A stretch of 64,000 bases of DNA from Christensenella sp. UBA3217 (GTDB lineage: Bacteria; Bacillota; Clostridia; Christensenellales; CAG-1252). Below, piece after piece: positions 9,070 to 17,846 of the stretch. Both the position numbers and the translations under genes were made by a program. The stretch covers positions 173,460 to 237,459 of the forward strand of contig DEWF01000001.1 in NCBI GenBank assembly GCA_002363545.1, given 5' to 3'. Numbering within the stretch: position 1 is the stretch's first letter; every line of letters starts with the position of its first letter. Under the pieces are notes generated by a model, which saw only the letters and a program-made list of their open reading frames with translations, made no database searches and was not told where the DNA came from.

Positions 9070-11697
9070 TCAGTCGCTGAAAGACTTGATATTTGCAATG
9101 ATCTTGGCAAGTTTTTCTTCGTTCACGGCAAGAGCTTCGCGCTGTGCGGCAACAACGGCCTCAGGTGCGCGAGATACAAAGCCGGGATTTGCGAGCATTC
9201 CTTTGGATTTGGCAATTTCCTTCTCGAGTGTCGCTTGCTCCTTCTTTAATCTTTCGATCTCTTTTTCGTAATCGATCAGATCACCAAGGGGAATAAAGAT
9301 CTCCGCCGCGGCAGTAACTGCGGTACTGACCTTCTTTTCAGCCACGTAGGAAGAGTCGTAGGTGACTTTTTCCACACCTGCAAGTTTCGCAAGATAGCCT
9401 TCTCCCGTCTTGATCAGCTCCTCATTTGCCGTTTTAACGGTAATGTGGATGCGCTTAGAGGGTGCAACGTTCATTTCGGCACGGATGTTACGAATTGCTT
9501 TTACGATATCCATCACAGCTTGGAACTCTGCTTCTTCTTTTTCAAAGAAGAGGTCTTTGCGGAAGATGGGATAAGAAGAAAGCATAATGGTTTCTTCGTG
9601 CAAGGGCAGGGTTTGATAAATGTGCTCTGTCACAAAGGGAATATAGGGATGGAGCATTTTCAAGATCGCCACGAGCACGTAATAGATATTCGATGCGGCA
9701 TTTTGTTTTATTGCGGCGTCATCCGAGTAAAGAGAAGGCTTGATGGCTTCAATATACCAATCGCAGAATTCGCTCCAAACGAAATCGTACAGTTTAGCAC
9801 CTGCGAGACCGATCTCATATTTTTCAAGGTTCTCGGTCACGGCTTTTGCGGTTTCTTGCAGGCGGCTCAGGATCCACTTGTCCGCAATGGTCTTTTGCGT
9901 CTTTTCAATGGGCAGGATCTCCACGCCTTCCAGGTTCATCATCACAAAGCGAGATGCGTTCCAAACCTTGTTGATAAAGTTTCTTGCACTCTCCACTTTT
10001 TCTTCGTAGAATCTTGTATCACCACCCGGTGCAATACCGTTTGCAAGGGAGAAACGCAAGGAATCAGCGCCGTATTTGTCAATAACAAGCAGGGGATCAA
10101 TGCCGTTTCCGAGGCTCTTACTCATCTTTCTGCCGAGCTTATCGCGCACGATGCCGTGGATCATAACTTTGGAGAAGGGGATCTGACCCATATGCTCCAA
10201 CCCGGAGAAGATCATTCTTGCCACCCAGAAGAAAATAATGTCGTAAGCGGTGATCAATACGCTGGTGGGGTAGAAATACTTTAAGTCTTCCGTCTTTTCG
10301 GGGTAGCCGAGAGTAGAGAAGGGCCACAGGGCGCTGGAGAACCAGGTATCCAGCACGTCCTCATCCTGCTTGAAGTGCTTAGAGCCGCACTTCGGGCAAA
10401 CTTCGGGTGCGTTTTCCGCCACAATGGTTTCGCCGCACTCTTCGCAGTAGTAAGCGGGAATACGGTGTCCCCACCAAAGTTGACGTGAGATACACCAATC
10501 TTTGATGTTTTCCATCCAACCGAAGTAAACTTTGGAAAAACGTTCGGGAATAAATTCGATATCTCCTTCTTTCACCACTTTGATGGCGGGTTCCGCAAGG
10601 GGCTTCATCTTAACGAACCACTGTTTGGAGATAATGGGCTCCACGCTGCTGTGGCAACGGTAGCATTCGCCTACGTTGTGCTTATAAGGCTCTTTTTCGA
10701 TCAAAAGGCCCAGGGCGGCAAGGTCTTCTTCTACCTTTTTCCTGGCAACCATTCTGTCAAGACCTGCGTATGCCGCGCCAGCCTTTTCGTTCATTGTGCC
10801 GTCATCGTTCATCACGCGGATCACTTCCAGGTTGTGGCGCATGCCCACTTCAAAGTCGTTGGGATCGTGCGCGGGAGTGATCTTAACGGCGCCGCTACCA
10901 AAATCCTTTTCCACGTACTCATCTGCCACTATGGGGATCACGCGATCGGTCAAGGGCAGGGAAAGGGTCTTTCCGATAATACCTTGGTACCGTTCGTCCG
11001 TGGGGTTTACTGCCACAGCTGTATCACCGAACATGGTTTCGGGGCGGGTGGTTGCCACGGTCAAATAGCCCGTACCATCTGTAAGAGGGTACTTGATATG
11101 CCAAAGGAAGCTATCCTGCTCGGAGTATTCCACCTCGGCATCGGAAAGGGCGGTTTTACAGCAGGGGCACCAATTGATGATCCTGCTTCCGCGGTAGATC
11201 AAACCTTTGTTATAAAGATTTACGAAAACCTTCTTGACCGCTTTGTTGCATTTTTCGTCCATCGTAAAGGCTTCTCTGGACCAATCAAGAGAGGAACCGA
11301 GCTTCTTTAATTGCTCCACGATCCTGCCGCCGTATTGCTTTTTCCATTCCCAAGCGGCTTTGAGAAAGCCTTCTCTGCCAAGCTCTTCTTTGGAAGTGCC
11401 TTCCGCTTTGAGTTTATCCACGATCTTAACTTCGGTTGCAATGGAAGCATGGTCGGTGCCGGGCAACCAAAGGGTGGGGTGTCCCTGCATACGCTTAAAA
11501 CGCACCATGATATCTTGCAAGGTGTTGTTCAAAGCGTGCCCCATATGCAGTTGTCCCGTGATGTTGGGCGGGGGGATCACGATGGTATAAGGATCCTTTT
11601 TCGGATCGATCTTCGGCGTAAAATACCCCTTTTCCATCCAGGTGGCATACAGTTTGTCTTCAAAAAGTGAAGGGTCGTAAGTTTTTTCCATTTCCAT
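9070..11697 (-). CDS. valS: valine--tRNA ligase
   Basis: PPPNITGQLHMGH, WCISRQLWWGH, KMSKS, C-terminal coiled coil. Confidence 0.97.
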   Translation of the reverse strand: MEMEKTYDPSLFEDKLYATWMEKGYFTPKIDPKKDPYTIVIPPPNITGQLHMGHALNNTLQDIMVRFKRMQGHPTLWLPGTDHASIATEVKIVDKLKAEGTSKEELGREGFLKAAWEWKKQYGGRIVEQLKKLGSSLDWSREAFTMDEKCNKAVKKVFVNLYNKGLIYRGSRIINWCPCCKTALSDAEVEYSEQDSFLWHIKYPLTDGTGYLTVATTRPETMFGDTAVAVNPTDERYQGIIGKTLSLPLTDRVIPIVADEYVEKDFGSGAVKITPAHDPNDFEVGMRHNLEVIRVMNDDGTMNEKAGAAYAGLDRMVARKKVEEDLAALGLLIEKEPYKHNVGECYRCHSSVEPIISKQWFVKMKPLAEPAIKVVKEGDIEFIPERFSKVYFGWMENIKDWCISRQLWWGHRIPAYYCEECGETIVAENAPEVCPKCGSKHFKQDEDVLDTWFSSALWPFSTLGYPEKTEDLKYFYPTSVLITAYDIIFFWVARMIFSGLEHMGQIPFSKVMIHGIVRDKLGRKMSKSLGNGIDPLLVIDKYGADSLRFSLANGIAPGGDTRFYEEKVESARNFINKVWNASRFVMMNLEGVEILPIEKTQKTIADKWILSRLQETAKAVTENLEKYEIGLAGAKLYDFVWSEFCDWYIEAIKPSLYSDDAAIKQNAASNIYYVLVAILKMLHPYIPFVTEHIYQTLPLHEETIMLSSYPIFRKDLFFEKEEAEFQAVMDIVKAIRNIRAEMNVAPSKRIHITVKTANEELIKTGEGYLAKLAGVEKVTYDSSYVAEKKVSTAVTAAAEIFIPLGDLIDYEKEIERLKKEQATLEKEIAKSKGMLANPGFVSRAPEAVVAAQREALAVNEEKLAKIIANIKSFSD

Positions 11698-11711
11698 AAG
11701 TCAGTCCTCTG

Positions 11712-12317
11712 TTAAAATTTCAAATCCATATTGGATTTTCCTTTTACCGTTTTGTTTAGTTGTCTATATAACTTTCTGCCGTAATCCACAATGGCATATA
11801 TCGAAACGATGGTGCCAACGGATAAAATCACGGTAGTGACGATGCGATAAGCGTCATACTTGCTTTTTGCAAAAAAACTCATAACCAATCCTAAGGTCAA
11901 AACCAGGGTTGCGAGTTTTCCATATACGTTGCTATGAACGATGATGGAGCGTTTGGCAAGGCGTATTCCCCAAAAGATCATGAAACCTTCTTTCAGCCCG
12001 AGAATGATCGGGAAGGCAAGGAAAAGATTCGCAAGAGGGGAGTGATGAAGGAATTCGTTAATACAAAGGGAAACAGCCGCCGATATTTGCAAAAGTTTGT
12101 CAGCAAGAGGATCCAACATTTTTCCGAGATCGGTAATACAGTTGAATTTTCTGGCTAGGTACCCATCCAAAAGATCGGTAAACGAGGCAAAAAGAAAGAT
12201 CCCAAAAGCGATATAGACGTTTAAGTTGTTTGCCCCTTCTACCGCAAAAAAAACGGCGAGAAAGGCAGGAACGCACGCTAAACGCAAGTAAGTAAGTGCA
12301 TTGGGGAGATATTTCAT
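11712..12317 (-). CDS. pgsA: CDP-alcohol phosphatidyltransferase (PgsA-like)
   Basis: PNALTYLR, TDLLDGYLARK..TDLGKMLDPLADK; start at ATG 12317 after AGAGGA; TTGACT-17-TAAAAT promoter upstream. Confidence 0.8.
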   Translation of the reverse strand: MKYLPNALTYLRLACVPAFLAVFFAVEGANNLNVYIAFGIFLFASFTDLLDGYLARKFNCITDLGKMLDPLADKLLQISAAVSLCINEFLHHSPLANLFLAFPIILGLKEGFMIFWGIRLAKRSIIVHSNVYGKLATLVLTLGLVMSFFAKSKYDAYRIVTTVILSVGTIVSIYAIVDYGRKLYRQLNKTVKGKSNMDLKF

Positions 12318-12487
12318 TCCTCTTATATTTGAATCCTTACCCATAAAATAGATTTTATTACTTAATTTATGTAAAGTCAATTAAAAAAAGGTGACGAGAA
12401 GGGTACAAGCGTTTGCTGAGGATCTTATGGGAACCAAATGCGGCAGAAAAAGAATACAATACATTAGAATTTTATAAGGAGAACTTT

Positions 12488-13474
12488 ATGAAAAGAAAAT
12501 TTGTCGTAATAATGCTTATTATTAGCATGGTTTGCCTTTGCGTTTGCTTTTCCGCGTGTAGCGAAGAAAATGAAAACGTGATCCGCTTGAATGAAGTGAC
12601 GCATTCCGTGTTTTACGCCCCTCTTTACGTGGCGATCAACCAAGGCTACTTTGCCGAACAGGGATTAAAGATAGAACTGACCAACGGCGGCGGTGCGGAT
12701 AAAACCATGACGGCGGTTCTTTCCGGGCAAGCCGATATCGGTTTTTGCGGACCCGAAGCATCCATTTACGTTTTCAACGAAGGGAAAAAGGATTATCCCA
12801 TCGTGATCGGTCAATTGACCAAACGCGACGGTTCCTTCGTGATCGCACGGAGTGAAATGAGGGATTTTGATTGGGAAACCGCTTTTATCGGAAAAGAGAT
12901 CATCGGCGGAAGAAAGGGCGGTGTGCCCGCCATGGCGCTGGAATATGCCTTAAAGCAAAACGGGTACGTTGACGGAGTGAATACCAGGATCAACTACGAC
13001 GTGCAGTATGATTTGATCTCTGCCGCGTTTGACGGCGGAACGGGGGATTATTGTACCATGTTCGAGCCTGCCGCAACGAATTTTGCGCTTGCCGGCAAGG
13101 GATACGTTGTGGCTTCCGTGGGAGAAGAGGCGGGAGATATCCCCTATACTTGCTTCTGTGCGGAAAAATCCTATCTTAAAAAGAATCCCGAAAAGGTGAA
13201 AAAGTTCCTTGCCGCAATTCAAAAGGGCGTTGATTTCGTATCCACGCACACGGCGGCAGAAGTTGCGCAGGCAGTTGCGCCTTCCTTTGCGGATACTTCA
13301 CTTTCCGTGCTTACTTCCGCCATTGCCAACTATATGAGAATCGGTGCATACGTGGATGATATGAAGCTTAAACAAGAGGATTTTGAACATTTGCAAGATA
13401 TCATTATCTCGGCCGGTGTAATGAGCAAGCGCGCAGATTATTCCAAGCTGGTGGATAATAGCTTCCTCGGCTGA
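12488..13474 (+). CDS. NitT/TauT-family ABC substrate-binding lipoprotein (YtlA/NMT1-like)
   Basis: Lipoprotein signal FSAC, EVTHSVFYAPLYVA, GGGADK, GPEASIY; SD AAGGAG before ATG 12488. Confidence 0.85.
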   Translation: MKRKFVVIMLIISMVCLCVCFSACSEENENVIRLNEVTHSVFYAPLYVAINQGYFAEQGLKIELTNGGGADKTMTAVLSGQADIGFCGPEASIYVFNEGKKDYPIVIGQLTKRDGSFVIARSEMRDFDWETAFIGKEIIGGRKGGVPAMALEYALKQNGYVDGVNTRINYDVQYDLISAAFDGGTGDYCTMFEPAATNFALAGKGYVVASVGEEAGDIPYTCFCAEKSYLKKNPEKVKKFLAAIQKGVDFVSTHTAAEVAQAVAPSFADTSLSVLTSAIANYMRIGAYVDDMKLKQEDFEHLQDIIISAGVMSKRADYSKLVDNSFLG

Positions 13475-13491
13475 TAGGAGTGTTACGAAAG

Positions 13492-14265
13492 ATGAAAGAG
13501 ATTCTAAGGCTTAAAGAGATCTCGCATATTTACCATGGAAAAAGCGGGGAAACCAAAGCGATAGACGGAATGGATTTTGCGGTGTATGAACAAGAATTTT
13601 TCGGCATCGTTGGGCCATCCGGAAGCGGAAAAACCACACTGCTTTCCATTCTTGCGGGCATATTAAAACCTTCCAGTGGGGAGATATTAAGAAATATCTC
13701 CCCTTCGGAGATCGGTTACATGTTGCAAAGAGATCACTTGTTTGATTGGCGTAATATTGATGATAACGTCACACTTGGCTTGGAGATTCGCGGGATAAAA
13801 ACCAAAGAAAACGTTTTATATGCGCGCTCTCTTCTTGAAAAATATAATCTCGGAGATTTTGTCAGAAAAAAACCTTCGGAGCTGTCTGGTGGTATGCGAC
13901 AGCGGGTGGCGTTGATACGTACCTTGGCTTTGCGTCCCAAGTTGATCCTTTTGGACGAACCGTTTTCTGCGCTGGATTTTCAAACCCGATTGACGGTAGC
14001 GGAAGACGTTCGCAAGATCATTCGGGAAGAAGGGATCACCGCAATTTTGGTGACGCACGACATCAGCGAAGCGATCTCACTTTGCGATAGGATCGCCGTG
14101 CTCTCCGCAAGACCCGCGAGAGTGAAGAAAATATTTGAAAATACCATAGAGAAAGGTCTTTCTTCCATAGAAAGACGGGAAGCACCTGAGTTTTCCGATC
14201 TTTTTAAGGAGGTCTGGAAGGAATTGGAGTTTACGGATGAAAAGGATAAAGGGAAATATCAGTGA
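13492..14265 (+). CDS. NitT/TauT-family ABC ATP-binding protein
   Basis: GPSGSGKT, LSGGMRQR, LLDEPF, VTHD; start could be 13480. Confidence 0.92.
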   Translation: MKEILRLKEISHIYHGKSGETKAIDGMDFAVYEQEFFGIVGPSGSGKTTLLSILAGILKPSSGEILRNISPSEIGYMLQRDHLFDWRNIDDNVTLGLEIRGIKTKENVLYARSLLEKYNLGDFVRKKPSELSGGMRQRVALIRTLALRPKLILLDEPFSALDFQTRLTVAEDVRKIIREEGITAILVTHDISEAISLCDRIAVLSARPARVKKIFENTIEKGLSSIERREAPEFSDLFKEVWKELEFTDEKDKGKYQ

Positions 14266-15040
14266 GGAACATCGGGCATATTTAAGAAAACGAAGAGCGT
14301 CAACCGCTTTTGTTGTGGGGATGCAACTGTTTATTTTGGTGCAATTCTTTTTGGTTTGGGAATTGCTTGCCCGTAAGGAGATCATAGACAGCTTTATATT
14401 CAGTTGTCCTTCCAAAATGTGGAGATCATTCACAGGTTTGGCAAAACAGGGTGTGCTTTGGGATCACGTGTCCGCTACTTTGTTGGAAACGGTAATAGGT
14501 TTTCTTTCCGCCACCTTGATCGGTCTTGTAATTGCCGTTATTCTTTGGTCCGTGGATCCTCTTAGGCGCATATTGGAGCCCTATATCGTGGTGCTGAACG
14601 CACTCCCCAAGATCGCGCTCGGTCCCATTATCATCATTTGGGTGGGTGCCGGTCGGGCGGCCATTATCGTAATGGCAATTCTGATAAGCGTTGTTATTAC
14701 CATTATAACCATTCTGAACGGGTTTTTGTCTGTGGATAAAGATAAGATCCTTTTGATGCAAACGCTTTCCGCAAACAGGTGGCAGATCTTGACCAAACTC
14801 GTGCTTCCATCCAACCTATCGAACATCATTGCCGCTTTGAAGGTGAACGTGGGTATGGCTTGGGTGGGTACCATTATGGGGGAATACCTGGTAAGCCGAG
14901 AAGGTCTGGGATATCTGATCGTATATGGTGGGCAGGTGTTCAATTTGAGTTTGGTAATGTGCTCCACCATGATCTTAACGGTGCTTGCTGCTTTGATGTA
15001 CTTTTGTGTTTTGATCTTGGAAAAGATCGTGAAAAGATGA
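14237..15040 (+). CDS. NitT/TauT-family ABC permease
   Basis: Multiple TM helices, LNALPKIAL, GEYLVSREGLG. Confidence 0.9.
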   Translation: MKRIKGNISEEHRAYLRKRRASTAFVVGMQLFILVQFFLVWELLARKEIIDSFIFSCPSKMWRSFTGLAKQGVLWDHVSATLLETVIGFLSATLIGLVIAVILWSVDPLRRILEPYIVVLNALPKIALGPIIIIWVGAGRAAIIVMAILISVVITIITILNGFLSVDKDKILLMQTLSANRWQILTKLVLPSNLSNIIAALKVNVGMAWVGTIMGEYLVSREGLGYLIVYGGQVFNLSLVMCSTMILTVLAALMYFCVLILEKIVKR

Positions 15041-15067
15041 AATTACGCCAAAGGCATATTGTCGTGT

Positions 15068-15096
15068 AAAAAAAGATCCCGTCAAAAGACGGGATC
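15068..15096. terminator. terminator hairpin between convergent genes
   Basis: GATCCCGTC-AAAA-GACGGGATC with preceding A-tract (U-tract on the minus strand). Confidence 0.75.
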
Positions 15097-15115
15097 CATG
15101 CACGAATCTAAAAAA

Positions 15116-15571
15116 TTATTTAAGATCTTCAAATCTTTCCACGGTCACACCGGCTTCTTTAAACATTTCCATGGAGAACTCATCTGGATAACCGTATTTG
15201 AAGATCACGCGGCGGATCCCGCTGTTAATGATCATTTTGCCACAGATAGAGCAGGGTTGGTGGGTGCAGTAAATGGTGCCGCCATCCACACTGACGCCGA
15301 GTTTGGCCGCTTGGATGATGGCATTTTGCTCGGCATGTACGGCATAACAAAGCTCGTGTCTGGTGCCGCTCGGAATGTTGAGTTTGCGGCGCAAACATTC
15401 ACCTTTTTCCTTGCAACTCTTAATGCCGCTTCCTGCGCCGTTATAGCCGGTGGTGAGGATCCTTTTATCTTTGGTGATCACTGCACCAACTTGTCTGTTC
15501 TCTTGAAAACAACTGCTCCAAGAAGAAACTTTTTCTGCCAGATCCATAAACCTTTCATCCCACTTGTCCAT
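15116..15571 (-). CDS. dCMP deaminase family protein
   Basis: [24 protein letters not shown]; start at ATG 15571 after GAGGTG. Confidence 0.9.
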   Translation of the reverse strand: MDKWDERFMDLAEKVSSWSSCFQENRQVGAVITKDKRILTTGYNGAGSGIKSCKEKGECLRRKLNIPSGTRHELCYAVHAEQNAIIQAAKLGVSVDGGTIYCTHQPCSICGKMIINSGIRRVIFKYGYPDEFSMEMFKEAGVTVERFEDLK

Positions 15572-15660
15572 ATCGCACCTCTTGTTTGTTTTCTTTACTT
15601 TACCATATTTTTTATGGTTTTTCAATAAAAAAGAGGATAGTTATGTTCAATTCCTTTCTT

Positions 15661-16536
15661 TTAGAAGTATTTCTCCGCAAATAAGGCATAGGTATGTAAG
15701 ATCATTACCGAATAATACCTAGCATCGGATAAGATGTTATCGCTGTTTTCCAGGTTTTCAAAAGCACTGCGGATCTCTGCCAGCAGTACCTTATATTCAA
15801 TCACCGCATTATCCTCATTACCCTTTGCGCTTTGTGCAAAAGAACTTTCTTTTGCGACAATGCTTTCCTTAAACGAACGAATCTCTCTTTTCATATCTTC
15901 TTCCGCATAGCTTTTACTTGCCAAGGCATTTGCCGATTCGTATAGGGTGAGATATGCCTTTTCCCAAAGGTCTTTATAGGGAGATGCAAGGGATAATGAC
16001 TTTGTTTTTTTTAAGTTGAATGGGGCGATATCAAGGAATAAGATAGCATATGCGGTATTGCGTTTTTGCACCTTATCGGCGTCGGAAAAGGAAGAATAAG
16101 CATTTACGATCACATAGTATTCGTTTTGCTTTTTCATCACGTATCCTGCACCGCCTTCGGCTCGAATGGCGGAGGCATTTTTGTAGGAAACGCCCATGTC
16201 GGGTGAGGCGCTTGCGTATAGAAAATAGTAAACGCTTTTTTCTTGTTCCTTTTTGCCGAGAAAAAGTGAGGCGTATGTGGATAATCCCGTATGGTTGCCG
16301 AGAATATCTGCCGCAAACAGAGAAAGGGAGAAGCAAAAAACCGTCATCATGATCACAACCCCAAAACCTTTTCGCTTTTTGCGTCTTGCTTTTTTATTCT
16401 CTTTACGGTTATCCGAAGGGATCGCGTGCGGTATGGAGCGTGCGTCCTCAACCTGATGCTCTTCTAAAGAAGAGATGCGTCCTAATACAGTGTAATCGTC
16501 GTATCGATATTTTTCATAGTCATTGAAATGATCCAT
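15661..16536 (-). CDS. hypothetical single-pass membrane protein, possibly SPOR-like/sporulation
   Basis: Charged N-terminus, basic RRKKRK stretch, one TM helix, then a beta-alpha-beta-like segment (GGAGYV...YYVIVNAYSS..DA). Confidence 0.6.
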   Translation of the reverse strand: MDHFNDYEKYRYDDYTVLGRISSLEEHQVEDARSIPHAIPSDNRKENKKARRKKRKGFGVVIMMTVFCFSLSLFAADILGNHTGLSTYASLFLGKKEQEKSVYYFLYASASPDMGVSYKNASAIRAEGGAGYVMKKQNEYYVIVNAYSSFSDADKVQKRNTAYAILFLDIAPFNLKKTKSLSLASPYKDLWEKAYLTLYESANALASKSYAEEDMKREIRSFKESIVAKESSFAQSAKGNEDNAVIEYKVLLAEIRSAFENLENSDNILSDARYYSVMILHTYALFAEKYF

Positions 16537-16700
16537 GCTTGATTCTTACGGGATAAGATGCGCTTTTATGCTCAAAAAAAGCATTATTCGTCAGTTTTCG
16601 CGCACTTTGGTTCGGAAATCTTTTATTACGTCAAGACCTCAACGTTTAAAAATACTCAAATTGCTTGTATTAATTTATTCCTATATGCTATAATAACAAA

Positions 16701-16967
16701 GCCGTGCTATGCGGGGAGCCAGCGGTGCCCTGAACCCACAATCCGCTACAGTGGGGCAGAATACTTTTCCCGGCTTGCATCATGGAAGGCTGAGCGGCGC
16801 AAGGAACGTTGATACCGGTGTCTTGTGCAACGACGACCTGTGAACCGTGTCAGGACTTGACGGTAGCAGCACTAAGCGGCGTTCGTCGTGTGCCATAAGG
16901 TTGCTTCGGAGTAGTCACCTACGTTCGCGTCCGCTTCGGTGATGCCTGTCAAAAAAAGTTGCACGGT
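16701..16967 (+). ncRNA. ffs: large (Alu-containing) signal recognition particle RNA
   Basis: 5' GCCGTGCTATGCGGGGAG..GCGGTGCCCTG..AATCCGC Alu domain; helix 8 TGTCAGG-ACT-TGAC-GGT-AGCAGCA; 3' GCACGGT pairs with the 5' end; TGnTATAAT promoter just upstream. Confidence 0.92.
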
Positions 16968-17012
16968 ACCCTTTACTAATACTTGCGGCTGATGCCGCAT
17001 TACGGAGATTTT

Positions 17013-17798
17013 ATGGATAGAGATAATAAGATCGCGGTGTTGGTGGATGCCGAAAACGTATCCGAGAAGTACGCTCAGGATCTTCTGGATGAAGTGACCA
17101 ATTACGGCATTCCCACATACAAGCGTGTTTACGGTGATTGGACAAAGTCCAACCTGCGAAATTGGAAAGATTCTCTTCTTACTTATTCTTTCACTCCCAT
17201 TCAACAATACAGTTACACTACGGGCAAAAATTCCTCTGACAGCGCTATGATCATAGACGCGATGGATATTCTTTATTCCGGAAAGGTGACGGGCTTTTGT
17301 TTGGTGACTTCGGATAGTGATTTTACGCGTCTTGCCATGCGTTTGAGAGAGGCGGGCATGCTCGTTCTCGGCATGGGGGAAAAGAAGACTCCGCAGCCCT
17401 TTATTAAGGCCTGCGAGAAGTTTATTTACCTTGAAGTTTTGAAAAACACCGAGGCAAAAGCGGAAGAGAAACCGGAAGAAAAAGATGATAAGGCGGAATC
17501 GGAAAGCGCAAAAGGACAGAAAAAGTCGGCGGAAAAACCCGCTGCGTCCTTTGCTTCGCTGAAAAAGGTAAAAGCCATTGTGAAAGATATTGTGAACAGC
17601 ATTGGCAATGACGAAGGCTGGGCGTATCTTGCAGACGTTGGAAACAATCTTTCCAAGCGTATGCCCGATTTTGATTGCAGAAACTACGGCTATACCAAAC
17701 TCATTGACCTCGTATCCACTTTCAGTGGGTTCGAGATCAGCCGTATTCCCGTTGGGGAAGGTGGAAAGGTCAACAAAATACTGATCAAGATAAAATAA
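17013..17798 (+). CDS. NYN (LabA/DUF88) domain protein with C-terminal OST-HTH/LOTUS domain
   Basis: VLVDAENV, RVYGDW, GKNSSD..MIIDAMD, SDSDF, PDFDCRNYGY. Confidence 0.88.
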   Translation: MDRDNKIAVLVDAENVSEKYAQDLLDEVTNYGIPTYKRVYGDWTKSNLRNWKDSLLTYSFTPIQQYSYTTGKNSSDSAMIIDAMDILYSGKVTGFCLVTSDSDFTRLAMRLREAGMLVLGMGEKKTPQPFIKACEKFIYLEVLKNTEAKAEEKPEEKDDKAESESAKGQKKSAEKPAASFASLKKVKAIVKDIVNSIGNDEGWAYLADVGNNLSKRMPDFDCRNYGYTKLIDLVSTFSGFEISRIPVGEGGKVNKILIKIK

Positions 17799-17846
17799 TC
17801 GTTTTTCGGGCATCCGATAAACGCATTTTGTAAAAGAGGCACGAAT

